A stretch of DNA of 64,000 nt from an uncultured archaeon (GTDB lineage Archaea; Iainarchaeota; Iainarchaeia; Iainarchaeales; JAAZKV01), in the NCBI GenBank assembly GCA_964583285.1, contig CAZOVD010000001.1, forward strand, positions 22,558 to 86,557, in the 5' to 3' direction. The translations under genes were made by a program, and so were the position numbers. Shown one piece after another: positions 19,976-30,122 of this stretch (position 1 is the stretch's first letter; the number at the start of each line of letters is the position of its first letter). A model generated the notes under the pieces. The model ran no database searches. It had not been told where the DNA came from and saw only the letters and a program-made list of their open reading frames with translations.

Positions 19976-20616
19976 TAACTATTTGTTGTTTGGTCATAAT
20001 AAAACTTTCGTTTGTGTAAAATATGCTTAGTATAATGCATTACTAACTCATAGCCAAGATCCCAAAAGAAGAATGCTATAAAAAATAATATGCTGTAAAA
20101 GTCAAGCAAAGCAAATATCAATACCATTAACTTCATTACAAACCTATATTCAAAAGACCAATGAATAATTTTTCCTAACAATCCTCTTTTGTAAATATTT
20201 TTTTTATCAATAAAATCATTACCAATTTCGTCGATTACTCCAGCAATAGATATTATTATCAATAATATTAGAAGAATCGGATCTAATATAAAATTCCAAT
20301 CACCTATAAAAAAATAAGCAAAATATACACTTATAACAGCAATTATAAACGCAATATTATCTATTTTTCCTTTTATTAAAACCCCAATAATTATTGCGGT
20401 TAAAAGTAATGCAGCTATTGAATCTAATGACATTACATAAGCCCAAAATATTGCTGTAATTGGAGCAACAATCAATGCTAATTTTCTAGGGTAAGCTTTC
20501 TCATCAAAAGCATCATCAATAAACTTTACTAATAATCCTAATAAAAAGAATGTTATAATAAAAAAAAATCCAGCACTTAGTCCATTAGACATTATTTCGT
20601 TTAAAAACAAAAACAT
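19972..20616 (-). CDS. Polytopic membrane protein with two Asp-rich motifs (UbiA/prenyltransferase-like?)
   Basis: 214 aa, at least 6 TM segments. FIDDAFDEK after TM1 and IDEIGNDFIDKK after TM4-5 resemble the NDxxDxxxD / DxxxD motifs of UbiA-family prenyltransferases. Sits beside two GGR genes. Confidence 0.35.
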   Translation of the reverse strand: MFLFLNEIMSNGLSAGFFFIITFFLLGLLVKFIDDAFDEKAYPRKLALIVAPITAIFWAYVMSLDSIAALLLTAIIIGVLIKGKIDNIAFIIAVISVYFAYFFIGDWNFILDPILLILLIIISIAGVIDEIGNDFIDKKNIYKRGLLGKIIHWSFEYRFVMKLMVLIFALLDFYSILFFIAFFFWDLGYELVMHYTKHILHKRKFYYDQTTNSY

Positions 20617-20627
20617 TTTTACACCAA

Positions 20628-21389
20628 TTATAATTCTGATTCTTTAAACTCTATTCCTGATTGTGCTAAGTCATATGCTAAAGTTGATTTTGTGTGTTTT
20701 GTATATCTCATTTTTCTAACGTCAAGGCTCCTATATTCTGCAGAACCAACCCCCACATAATGAAGTAAAACAACACCATCTGCAATAAACTCACTTATTC
20801 CATCAGCACTTAATTGTTTGTGATCTTCTGGAAGTTCAGTAGTTAATAATGTTGTAACTTTATAAATTCTCAATTTTTTAAATAAATGATATAACATAGT
20901 TTTAGACATTATTTGTTCAGTCCTTGGAATTGGATTTATTGTTTCAGCAATCTGAACCATTGAAAAACCCTTGTCTTCTAAAACACCTGAGACAAGCATT
21001 GCATCAGATAAAGTAGTAAGTGAATCAATTACTAATCTAGTTGGTTTAAAATCTTCTACAAAAGTACTTAATTTTTCAAGAAAAGAATCTCCTTCGGTTA
21101 CATCAAAATAAATTATTTTTAATAATTGTCTTTGCTCAAGCCCCTCAATATCCCAATTAAATCCTTTTGCTTGTTTATATAATTCTTCTCTATTTTGTTC
21201 TGTTGAAACATAAAGTGCTTTTTCTCCAAATAATGTTGCACCATTAACACAAAATTGTAAACAAAAAGTTGACTTTCCTGTTCCAGCTCCGCCAGAAATA
21301 AGAACAATATTTCCACTTGGGATTCCACCATTTAAAGCAGAATCAAGTCCTTGAATACCAGTTTTTGTTCTAATTAAATCTTGAGGCAT
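20628..21389 (-). CDS. KaiC/RadA-like RecA-superfamily ATPase (single domain)
   Basis: 253 aa; GIQGLDSALNGGIPSGNIVLISGGAGTGKSTFCLQF (Walker A in KaiC/RecA context), Walker B hhhhD later. Confidence 0.75.
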   Translation of the reverse strand: MPQDLIRTKTGIQGLDSALNGGIPSGNIVLISGGAGTGKSTFCLQFCVNGATLFGEKALYVSTEQNREELYKQAKGFNWDIEGLEQRQLLKIIYFDVTEGDSFLEKLSTFVEDFKPTRLVIDSLTTLSDAMLVSGVLEDKGFSMVQIAETINPIPRTEQIMSKTMLYHLFKKLRIYKVTTLLTTELPEDHKQLSADGISEFIADGVVLLHYVGVGSAEYRSLDVRKMRYTKHTKSTLAYDLAQSGIEFKESEL

Positions 21390-21623
21390 ATTATATAGAA
21401 TAAAAAACTAGTATTTAAAGATTAACTATTACTAGAACTTGCAGATACTTTAAGAGAACAAACTTTAAAATATTTTAGATAGCCAAATCTGAATTTCTAT
21501 TTTTTTTTAATTTTTTTTCTTTACAAAAATTTTTCTTCTTTTTTTATTAACCCAACACTTTTAAACAAGATTATATTTTTGAGAAATTAATGCTAATAAA
21601 AAATACTACAAAATAATAAAAAC

Positions 21624-23198
21624 TTAGTTGACTTGTGAGAATAATTTTTTTACTTTATCTTTTCCTATTGTAAATATGAATCCTGATAATTGTGGACCAA
21701 AATTTTTATTTATTAAAACTAAATATGCTGCTCCAAAAAAATCTTTAAGACTTAGACTATTATTATCAGCTACTTCTTTAAATATTGGAATTATTTCTTC
21801 TTCTTTTTCAACATTCATCTTGTTTGAAAGTTCTTTTAAAGCATTTTTTTGATTATCACTTAATTTATCAAGAATTTCTTTTGAAATATTTTCTTGAACA
21901 CTAAACTTAAACTGATCTTCAGCATAATTTTCAAGCCAATAACTAGCTCGCTTAAACATTTCTTCAAAATATTTTTCATCAGTAACAGATAATTGTTTTT
22001 TTATTTTTTCTTTATCCCCTTGAAATATTTGAATTAATGAAGTCATATGTCTAAAATCAATTTGTGAAGGAATTTCTTTTTTAATTTCAATAGAACTTAA
22101 TTCATAAATTCTTTTATTTAATTCAAAGTCTTCTACGCTACAATCTTCTTTTTTAAAATAAATTCTTTCAAGTTTTTGAAACTCACTATATAATCTAAAT
22201 ACATCCATCCCTTCAAAACTTATTTCAAAATATTTTTTTGGAAGGCGTGTTGTAAAAATATATCTTACAAGTTCTGGAAAATAAACAGAAAGCATTTCCT
22301 CTAAATTTATAGTATTCCCTTTTGAGGAAGACATTTTTCCACCCATTCCTTTTATTGAAATAAATTCATACATTACATGTTTTGGTGGATTTTTATTCCA
22401 AATTTCTTTAACAATTTCTTCAGCAGTAGTATTACTTCCGCCAGCACTAGAGTGTTCTTTTCCAGAAGGTTCAAAATCAACACCTTCATATGCCCATCGC
22501 ATAGGCCAATCTACGCGCCAAAGAAGTTTTATTATTCCTTTTTCTCTAATATCAAATTCATTTTCAAAACCACATTTACATAAATACTTTACTTTGTATT
22601 CTTCATCATAAGAAATTACTTTTGTATTATCAGTACCACATTTTTCACAAAAAATACTTACTGGAAACCAGTTTTCACTTAAAGCTTCTTTTCTATATTT
22701 ATCAAGAATTTTTTTTATTTCTTTTCTTTTTTGCATTGCAATTTTTATTTGACTAGCATACTCACAAGCTCTATATTTTTTTACTTGAGAAATAAAATGT
22801 GGATTAACTCCAACTAATGGTAAAAATTTTTCAACAGTAACTTCATTATGTCTTGCATAACTTTCTTCTTTTCCAAAAGGATCAGGTACATCAACTATAG
22901 GATATCTTAAATATTTTTTTAACTCATCTTGTTTTGGCATATTTAATGGAACTTTTCTAAAAACATCATAATTATCCCAAGAATAAATAAATCTTACTTT
23001 TTTTCCTTTATTTAACAAAGCTTTTACTACTAAATCACTTGTAATAGTTTCACGAAAATTGCCTATGTGCACTACCCCTGATGGAGTAATCCCTGAAGCT
23101 ACAACATAACTTTCTTTGTCATTTTCTTTTATTAATTCATCGGCAATCTTGTCAGCCCAATGTATTTTTTGTTCTTCATTTTCCATAAATAAAATCAA
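21624..23198 (-). CDS. lysK: Lysyl-tRNA synthetase, class I
   Basis: 524 aa; SGITPSGVVHIGNFRE (HIGN), KMSSSKGN (KMSKS), internal Cys cluster typical of class-I LysRS. Confidence 0.85.
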   Translation of the reverse strand: MILFMENEEQKIHWADKIADELIKENDKESYVVASGITPSGVVHIGNFRETITSDLVVKALLNKGKKVRFIYSWDNYDVFRKVPLNMPKQDELKKYLRYPIVDVPDPFGKEESYARHNEVTVEKFLPLVGVNPHFISQVKKYRACEYASQIKIAMQKRKEIKKILDKYRKEALSENWFPVSIFCEKCGTDNTKVISYDEEYKVKYLCKCGFENEFDIREKGIIKLLWRVDWPMRWAYEGVDFEPSGKEHSSAGGSNTTAEEIVKEIWNKNPPKHVMYEFISIKGMGGKMSSSKGNTINLEEMLSVYFPELVRYIFTTRLPKKYFEISFEGMDVFRLYSEFQKLERIYFKKEDCSVEDFELNKRIYELSSIEIKKEIPSQIDFRHMTSLIQIFQGDKEKIKKQLSVTDEKYFEEMFKRASYWLENYAEDQFKFSVQENISKEILDKLSDNQKNALKELSNKMNVEKEEEIIPIFKEVADNNSLSLKDFFGAAYLVLINKNFGPQLSGFIFTIGKDKVKKLFSQVN

Positions 23199-23266
23199 CT
23201 ACATTTAATTAAAAAAACTACCCATTTTTACAAAAGCTTTTATTCTATACTAGGCATATTTTAATT

Positions 23267-24016
23267 ATGCCAAGAGTAAATGTAAAAAGTTTAAGTAAAG
23301 CTAGAAAAAAACTTAAAAAAGACGGCCCAATAGTTAGAACAAAAACTGGGTTAATTACCAAAAAAAATACTTTAAGAGTTATTAATAGGTGGAGTAAACA
23401 AAAAGGATATACAATTGAATCTCCAGATAAAATAATTAGAAATGTAAAAAATAAAGGTAAATTTTTAGATATTAATTCAGTTAGTGTAACAGCAAGGCTT
23501 GCACAAAGGGATCTTTTAAATGGACTAAAATCTTTTAAATTAAAAAAAGAAGAAATTTTAACTATTGAAAGATTACTTAGCCAAAGAATACAAAAAATAC
23601 CAAATACAAACATAAATATTCGACAAGAAACGCCTATTTTATATATGAAACTTTTAAATCAAGTTGGGGAAAAAAAAACAAATGATATTTTAAGAAAACT
23701 TAATAAAAGAAGTATTGCAATAAGAGACTTGTCACAAAAAGAAATAAGGAAAAAAAATGTTAAAAGCGATGTTTTTATTAATATTAGCCAAATAATTAAC
23801 CCATTAATGGTAGAATTTGAAATGGAAATGTATAATAAAAATGACTTTTTAAAAAGAATAAATTCACTTTATAAGGAAAAATTATCAGATATAGAACAAA
23901 TTAAATCTTTAGATATACCTAATAAAAAAACTTATGAAACTATTTTAAGAAATCAATTAAAAGAAATTGTTTTTGAAAGAGTTAAATTTTGTATTGACCA
24001 CAATTTACATGTATAA
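23267..24016 (+). CDS. Hypothetical basic (Lys-rich) protein
   Basis: 249 aa, very basic N-terminus (KSLSKARKKLKKDG), no recognisable domain. Confidence 0.35.
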   Translation: MPRVNVKSLSKARKKLKKDGPIVRTKTGLITKKNTLRVINRWSKQKGYTIESPDKIIRNVKNKGKFLDINSVSVTARLAQRDLLNGLKSFKLKKEEILTIERLLSQRIQKIPNTNINIRQETPILYMKLLNQVGEKKTNDILRKLNKRSIAIRDLSQKEIRKKNVKSDVFINISQIINPLMVEFEMEMYNKNDFLKRINSLYKEKLSDIEQIKSLDIPNKKTYETILRNQLKEIVFERVKFCIDHNLHV

Positions 24017-24243
24017 ATTGTTACATATAAAAACAATTATTTATTATTAATAAAACAAAATATCAATATATTATGAAAAAGTTTGTCTGGAGTTTATAAA
24101 CAATCTAATTTTAATAATAGACTTCAGACTAGCTCACCAAAATTAAATAAATTAACTTGTTTTTTAAAAAAATTATTTTTAATAAATGGTTTGACTTTTT
24201 GGCAACAATAACTAATTCTAAAATTTATTTAAATAAAAAGGAG

Positions 24244-25404
24244 ATGAAAGAAATGAAAAAATATGGGGAATTTGGAGGAATGTTTGTTCCTGAAATGATG
24301 GTTAGTCCATTAAAAGAAATTGATGAAGAATTTGAAAAAATAAAGAAAAGTAAAGAGTTTAAAAAAGAATTAAATTTTTTATTAAAAGAATTTGTTGGAA
24401 GACCAACGCCACTTTACTTTTCGAAAAATATGTCAAAAGATATTGGTTGTAAAATTTATTTTAAAAGAGAAGATCTTTTGCATAGTGGAGCACATAAAAT
24501 AAATAACACTATAGGACAAGCGCTTCTTGCAAAAAAATTAGGAAAAAAAGAAATAATTGCAGAAACTGGTGCAGGGCAACATGGCGTTGCAAGTGCTATA
24601 GCTGGAACTATTGTTAAATTACCAGTGAAAGTATTTATGGGCAGTATTGATATTAAAAGACAAAAAATGAATGTTTATAGAATGAAACTTTTTAATGCAG
24701 AAGTTATTAGTGCAGAAAGTGGATCAAAAACTCTTAAAGACGCAGTTAATGAAGCACTGCGATATTATCTTGCAAATAGTAAAAATTGTTATTATTTAAT
24801 TGGAAGTGTTGTTGGCCCAAGTCCTTACCCAAAAATAGTTAGATATTTTCAAAAAATAATTAGTAAAGAAATAAAAAAACAAATCTTAAAAAAAGAAGGA
24901 AAACTTCCAACACACATTATTGCCCCAGTTGGTGGAGGAAGTAATGCAATAGGGGCATTTGATTATTTTATTAAAAATAAAAAAATAAAATTAATTGGAG
25001 TTGAAGCAGGAGGAGATAATATAAGACATGGTGCAACATTAACAAAAGGAAAAATTGGTGTTTTTCAAGGAATGAAATCATATATTTTAGCTGATAAAAA
25101 TGGACAAATAAAAGAAGCACATAGTATTTCAGCAGGCCTTGATTATCCTGGAGTTGGAGCAATTCACTCTTATTTAAAAGATAGCAAAAGAGCAACATAT
25201 GAAAGTATTACTGATAAAGAAGCAGTTAGTGCATTAAAATATCTTTCTCAAAATGAAGGAATACTGCCAGCGCTTGAAAGCGCGCATGCAGTAGCATATG
25301 TTCTAAAAAATAAAAAAAAATTTAAAAAAAGTGATATTGTAGTTATTAACATTTCTGGAAGAGGCGATAAGGATGTTGAACAACTTGTAAAGGAGGACAT
25401 ATAA
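24244..25404 (+). CDS. trpB: Tryptophan synthase beta chain
   Basis: PLP enzyme motifs (HSGAHKINN lysine region, GGGSNA), about 390 aa from ATG 24244 (or 24253, better spaced from a GGAG). The ORF-track start 24157 adds a non-conserved N-terminus. Confidence 0.85.
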   Translation: MKEMKKYGEFGGMFVPEMMVSPLKEIDEEFEKIKKSKEFKKELNFLLKEFVGRPTPLYFSKNMSKDIGCKIYFKREDLLHSGAHKINNTIGQALLAKKLGKKEIIAETGAGQHGVASAIAGTIVKLPVKVFMGSIDIKRQKMNVYRMKLFNAEVISAESGSKTLKDAVNEALRYYLANSKNCYYLIGSVVGPSPYPKIVRYFQKIISKEIKKQILKKEGKLPTHIIAPVGGGSNAIGAFDYFIKNKKIKLIGVEAGGDNIRHGATLTKGKIGVFQGMKSYILADKNGQIKEAHSISAGLDYPGVGAIHSYLKDSKRATYESITDKEAVSALKYLSQNEGILPALESAHAVAYVLKNKKKFKKSDIVVINISGRGDKDVEQLVKEDI

Positions 25405-26177
25405 TGTTTAAAAAAAATATATTTATGCCATTTGTAGTTATTGGAGATACTGACTATCAAACATCAATTAAAATAATAAAAACTTTAATTGATAATGGTG
25501 CAGATGCTCTTGAACTTGGTTTTGCATTTAGTGACCCAATAGCTGATGGTGCAGTAATACAAAAAGCAAATAAAAGAGCTCTTGATAATAAAATAACTAA
25601 TAAAAAAAACTTTGAAATTTTAAAAGAAATTAGAAATTATTCTTCTATTCCCATTAGTTTAATGCTTAGTTATAACCTAGCACTTTTTTATGGGCTTGAT
25701 AACTTTTACAAAAAATGTAAAGAGCTTAAAATTGATGGCATTTTGTTCCCAGATGTTCCAATAGAAGAAAATAAAGAAATAAATTATTATTCAAAAAAAT
25801 TTAAAATAAATCAAATATATTTAATTGCAACAAATTCTAGTGAATTTAGAATAAAAAAAATCTGCAAATTTGCAAAAGGATATATTTATTTTGTTTCAAC
25901 ACTTGGAACTACTGGAGTTAGAAAAAAACTTGATAAAAAAATATCAAAAAAAATAAAACAAATAAAAAAATACACTAAATTACCAATCTATGTTGGTTTT
26001 GGAATAAGTGAACCAAAACACATAAAAGAAGTAATTAACATGGGTGCGGATGGAGCAATAAGCGGATCTGCAATTTGCAAAATAATTGAAGAAAACTTAA
26101 CTAATAAAAAACAAATAATAAAAACTATTGGAGAATTTTGCTATAAAATGCAAAAAGTAATAGAAAGAGAAAATTAA
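25404..26177 (+). CDS. trpA: Tryptophan synthase alpha chain
   Basis: 257 aa; LELGFAFSDPIADGAVIQ (TrpA active-site Glu/Asp region); ATGA overlap with trpB. Confidence 0.85.
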   Translation: MFKKNIFMPFVVIGDTDYQTSIKIIKTLIDNGADALELGFAFSDPIADGAVIQKANKRALDNKITNKKNFEILKEIRNYSSIPISLMLSYNLALFYGLDNFYKKCKELKIDGILFPDVPIEENKEINYYSKKFKINQIYLIATNSSEFRIKKICKFAKGYIYFVSTLGTTGVRKKLDKKISKKIKQIKKYTKLPIYVGFGISEPKHIKEVINMGADGAISGSAICKIIEENLTNKKQIIKTIGEFCYKMQKVIEREN

Positions 26178-26218
26178 AAAGGACAAGTGAGCTGAGTATT
26201 ATTAAAGAAAGTGATAAT

Positions 26219-27319
26219 ATGGGAAAAAAAGAAAAACCAATAATTGACCCGTGGGGAAAAACACTTATAGAAGACTATGCACGGCTCATAAAAGATTTTG
26301 GAATGCAAGAATTTAACATTAATATTATGCCAAACCCTAGCACTCAAATGAAAAGAGGAGTTATTTTTGGAGGACAAGATCTTGAAATAATTAGCCAAGC
26401 AATAAAAAACAAAAAACCATTTTATTGCTTAACTGGAATAATGCCATCAAATGAAAAAATACATCTTGGCACACAAAGTGTTATTGAACAAGTAAAATAT
26501 TATCAAGCAAATGGAGCACAAGTTTTTGTTTTAATTGCAGATGTTGAAAGTCAAGCTACACGCGGAGTTAGAATAGAAGATGGAAAAAAAAGAGCTCTTG
26601 ATTTTCATATACCAGCATATATTGCACTAGGACTTGATCCTAAAAAAACAAAATTTTATTTTCAAAGTGAGAATAAAGTAGTGAGTAATTTAGCTGCAAT
26701 TTGTTCTCAAAAGATAACTGAAAATGAATTTAGAGCAATTTATGGATCAGTACATCCAAGTAAAGTTATGAGTGCTTTTACACAAATGGGAGATATTCTT
26801 CACCCACAATTAAATAATCCTATGCCTGGAGTTATACCTGTTGGAATTGACCAAGCACCACATATTAGAATGTCACGAGATATTGCAAGAAGGTTAAAAA
26901 AAGAATATGGGTTTTTTACTCCAAGTGCAAGTTATAATAAATATACTCCTGCAATTGATGGTTCTTTTAAAATGAGTAAAAGCGAAGGAATTGGTTCTAT
27001 TGAAATACCTGAAAAAGATAGAAGTGTCCTTGAAAAAAAATTAAAAAAAGTTTTAACTGGAGGGCGTGCAACTAAGGAAGAACAAATCAAAAAAGGTGGA
27101 CAACCAGAAAAATGTGTTGCATTTGAATATTGTAAAAATCATTTTATTAAAAGTGATGAAGAACTAAAAAAAATGTATGATGAATGCAAAGGCGGAAAAA
27201 ATCTTTGCGGAGAGTGTAAACAAAAATATTTAATAACAAATGCAAATAAATTTTATGACGAATTTGATAAAAAATTTGAAAATGCTAGAAAAACAATTGG
27301 AACACTAAGGTTTGATTAA
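26219..27319 (+). CDS. trpS: Tryptophanyl-tRNA synthetase (archaeal/eukaryal type)
   Basis: 366 aa; DPWGKTLIEDYARLIKDFG N-terminal TrpRS pattern, PSNEKIHLGT (HIGH-like), KMSKSEG. Confidence 0.8.
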   Translation: MGKKEKPIIDPWGKTLIEDYARLIKDFGMQEFNINIMPNPSTQMKRGVIFGGQDLEIISQAIKNKKPFYCLTGIMPSNEKIHLGTQSVIEQVKYYQANGAQVFVLIADVESQATRGVRIEDGKKRALDFHIPAYIALGLDPKKTKFYFQSENKVVSNLAAICSQKITENEFRAIYGSVHPSKVMSAFTQMGDILHPQLNNPMPGVIPVGIDQAPHIRMSRDIARRLKKEYGFFTPSASYNKYTPAIDGSFKMSKSEGIGSIEIPEKDRSVLEKKLKKVLTGGRATKEEQIKKGGQPEKCVAFEYCKNHFIKSDEELKKMYDECKGGKNLCGECKQKYLITNANKFYDEFDKKFENARKTIGTLRFD

Positions 27320-27320
27320 A

Positions 27321-28031
27321 ATGAGTGGAATAAATAGAATACACAGGCAAGATAGAAATTATGAAAAAAGATTTGTTAAAGTACCACACAGGAAAAAAAA
27401 TGTTAAACCAAGAATAACTGTGCCAAAAACAATTAAAGAACAAAAAGCACTAGTAAAGACTGTTAAAATAATTGCAAAAAAAATAGGACTTAAGCCAGCA
27501 AAAGAAGTTGGAACTGGAGTTGATTTTTATTTCACTATTAAAAAAGGAAAAACACTTATTAGAATACCAATTGATTTTAAGTTTTCATTTGGAAGTCATT
27601 TTGGAGCAGAGTTTATAAAAGTCAGAGTTACTCCTAAAGATAATGGCCCAAGACAATTAATTAATACTTCAAAATGGACTATGGTAGTTGATGAAAAAAA
27701 AGTTGTAACATTTTTTAGAACAAAAGCTATAAAGGAATACGTTTCAAAATTTTGGGGAAGAATAAATAAAACGCATCAAATTGATAAAATTGGATATGTG
27801 GAATACCCTGTTAATATTTCTGATATGCTTTATCAAACTGGTGAAAAACCAATCCAAGTTAGTTTAAATTCAAGAGATATATTAAATGCACTTAAAGAAA
27901 TAGAAAAAACTGAATTACCAAAAGATGAACCTAAAACATTCCCAAAAACAAAAGTAATTAATAAAAATGGAAATGGTAGAAAAACAATTATAAAACCAAC
28001 AATAAATAGAAAAGGAACTAGACATAAATAG
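27321..28031 (+). CDS. Hypothetical protein, member of a tandem paralog pair (family A)
   Basis: ATG at 27321 just after the trpS stop; basic N-terminal about 70 aa. Conserved core FKFSFGSHFGAEFIKVRV...FVSKFWGRINKTHQIDKIGYVEYPVNISDM is homologous to 28078-28713. Confidence 0.5.
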   Translation: MSGINRIHRQDRNYEKRFVKVPHRKKNVKPRITVPKTIKEQKALVKTVKIIAKKIGLKPAKEVGTGVDFYFTIKKGKTLIRIPIDFKFSFGSHFGAEFIKVRVTPKDNGPRQLINTSKWTMVVDEKKVVTFFRTKAIKEYVSKFWGRINKTHQIDKIGYVEYPVNISDMLYQTGEKPIQVSLNSRDILNALKEIEKTELPKDEPKTFPKTKVINKNGNGRKTIIKPTINRKGTRHK

Positions 28032-28077
28032 AAATATTTATTAACTTTATTAACCTAATACTCACAAATAGAAATAG

Positions 28078-28713
28078 GTGATAATAATAGGATTTTTGTT
28101 TAGCAAAAACTACTTAGAAGAACAAGAACTCTATATCCCTAAAAAAAAATCTTTTAGAAAAAATATTCACAAAATCAACCCTAATTGTCTAAAACAAAAT
28201 TCACTTAGATCTAAATTAAAAAAAATTCTTCCAAATACTATGAAATATGTTGAAGATAATATTTATGGCATTGATTTTGAATATAACGGAATTACTATTG
28301 ACCAAAAATTTTGTTTTGGAGATCTTGGCAATAATGTAATAAAAATAAGAGTAAAAAATAGACGACTCATAAATAAAAGTGATTATACGATGTGTATAAA
28401 CGAAAATGAAGATATTTTAATTTTCAAAACTTCTCAACTTTCTCAATTTGTAAATAAAAACTGGGGAATAATTCAAAAAAACAGAATAGAAGAAAAAAAA
28501 AATTATGTAACCCACAAAGTAAATTTAAATGATTTTTATAGAATAAATAAAACGATATTGCACAAAACAATATTTAATAAAGATGAATTCAAATATACTC
28601 TTGATGAAATAATTGCAACAAATAATAAAAAAGAAGACATTAATTTTAAAAATAATAATTTCACAAATCTAATTAATGAAAAATTAAAAAATACTTATAA
28701 AAATGTTTTATAA
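28078..28713 (+). CDS. Hypothetical protein, tandem paralog (family B) of 27321-28031
   Basis: Core QKFCFGDLGNNVIKIRVKN...FVNKNWGIIQKNRIEEKKNYVTHKVNLNDF aligns with the previous gene at roughly 30-35% identity. Start uncertain (GTG 28078 or ATG 28242). Confidence 0.5.
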   Translation: MIIIGFLFSKNYLEEQELYIPKKKSFRKNIHKINPNCLKQNSLRSKLKKILPNTMKYVEDNIYGIDFEYNGITIDQKFCFGDLGNNVIKIRVKNRRLINKSDYTMCINENEDILIFKTSQLSQFVNKNWGIIQKNRIEEKKNYVTHKVNLNDFYRINKTILHKTIFNKDEFKYTLDEIIATNNKKEDINFKNNNFTNLINEKLKNTYKNVL

Positions 28714-28734
28714 CTAACAAGATATTATTTTATT

Positions 28735-29235
28735 ATGATAAAAATAAAACTAGCAAACAAAAAAGATGCAGAATTTATATTAAAAATAATGAAAGATGAA
28801 GAAACTATTAATAACTTACCAAAACAGTTTCTTTTTACTAATTTAAAAGAAACGGAAGATAAACTTGAAAAATATAAGAAAATGTCTGCTAAAAAAAGTA
28901 GGTATTTTTTTATAGCTTTTAAAAATAATAAAAAAATAGGATTTTTAGACATATATAAAATATCTTGGGAAAACAAACATTGCTCAATTGGATATGCCAT
29001 ATCAAAAGAATTTAGAAAAAAAGGTTTTGCAAGTAAACTTTGTAAAATTGGAAATGACTTTATAAAAAATAATCTAAAATTACATGCCATTGAGGCAACA
29101 ATAAATCCAAAAAATATTATAAGTAAAAAAGTTCTGAAAAAAAATGGATTTAGAAAAGTTGGATTGATGAAAGATTATTATTTTGAAAATGGTGTGTTTG
29201 TTAATAGAGAACTTTACTGGAAAACACTTGATTAG
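28735..29235 (+). CDS. GNAT-family N-acetyltransferase
   Basis: 166 aa; acetyl-CoA binding motif A region (EFRKKGFASKLCK = R/Q-x-x-G-x-G/A) and overall RimL-like layout. Confidence 0.75.
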   Translation: MIKIKLANKKDAEFILKIMKDEETINNLPKQFLFTNLKETEDKLEKYKKMSAKKSRYFFIAFKNNKKIGFLDIYKISWENKHCSIGYAISKEFRKKGFASKLCKIGNDFIKNNLKLHAIEATINPKNIISKKVLKKNGFRKVGLMKDYYFENGVFVNRELYWKTLD

Positions 29236-29270
29236 CAAATATATAAAAATACAAAAATTATTTTAATATT

Positions 29271-30122
29271 ATGAAAAGAATAAACCTGGATTTAATTTCG
29301 TTTAAAACAAGTGATGGACTTGAGCTTAATGGTGGATTAAAAGAAACTAATAGTAAAAATGTTTTAACAATTCATATACATGGAATGACTGGAAATTTTT
29401 ATGGTGGAATTTTAACACAAACCATTCTAGAAAAACTTTCAAAAAAATATAGTATTTTAACAATAAATACTCGAGGACATGGGCTTGTAAATAAAATATA
29501 TGGAAAAAAGAAAATTCTTGGTGGAACTGCACAAGAAAAATTTGTAGATTGTATTTATGACATAGATGGTGCTATAAAATTTGGAAAAAAACTTGGTTAT
29601 AAAAAATTTATTTTAAGTGGACATAGCACGGGTTGTCAAAAAATAACATATTATCAATCAAAAAAACAAAATAACGCTGTAATTGCACTAATATTACTCT
29701 CACCTGCAAGTGACTATGAATTAAGCTTAATTAATAAAAATTATAATAAATATTTTAAACTTGCAAAAAAAATGCTAAAAGAAGGAAAAGAAAATGATAT
29801 TTTAAAGATACCAAAAAACACATATACTGTAAAGAGATGGCTTAGTTTTAGTGATCCAAAAAATATTGAAGCCCAAGTATTTAACTATACTGGAAAGCTT
29901 CATCATTTTTCAAAAATAAAGGTTCCAATACTTGCTACTTTTGCAGAATTTGATGTTTTTGGAAAAAATTTTAATGCTAGTAAGAGTTTAGAAATACTTA
30001 GAAATAAAACTAGGTCTGAATTGCTAATAACTCAAGTAATAAAAGGAACTGACCACATGTATAAGAAAAAGGAAATAGAACTAGCAAATAAAATTAACAA
30101 ATTTTTGGAGATGTTTAAATAA
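29271..30122 (+). CDS. Alpha/beta-fold hydrolase
   Basis: 283 aa; nucleophile elbow GHSTGC (GxSxG), later D and H residues consistent with a catalytic triad. Confidence 0.7.
   Translation: MKRINLDLISFKTSDGLELNGGLKETNSKNVLTIHIHGMTGNFYGGILTQTILEKLSKKYSILTINTRGHGLVNKIYGKKKILGGTAQEKFVDCIYDIDGAIKFGKKLGYKKFILSGHSTGCQKITYYQSKKQNNAVIALILLSPASDYELSLINKNYNKYFKLAKKMLKEGKENDILKIPKNTYTVKRWLSFSDPKNIEAQVFNYTGKLHHFSKIKVPILATFAEFDVFGKNFNASKSLEILRNKTRSELLITQVIKGTDHMYKKKEIELANKINKFLEMFK

Noticed and set aside
23245-23613. 122-aa minus-strand ORF
   Set aside because: Antisense to the 249-aa basic protein gene on the plus strand; hydrophobic low-complexity translation typical of AT-rich antisense frames.
28725-29090. 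121-aa minus-strand ORF
   Set aside because: Antisense to the GNAT acetyltransferase gene, which has clear motifs.
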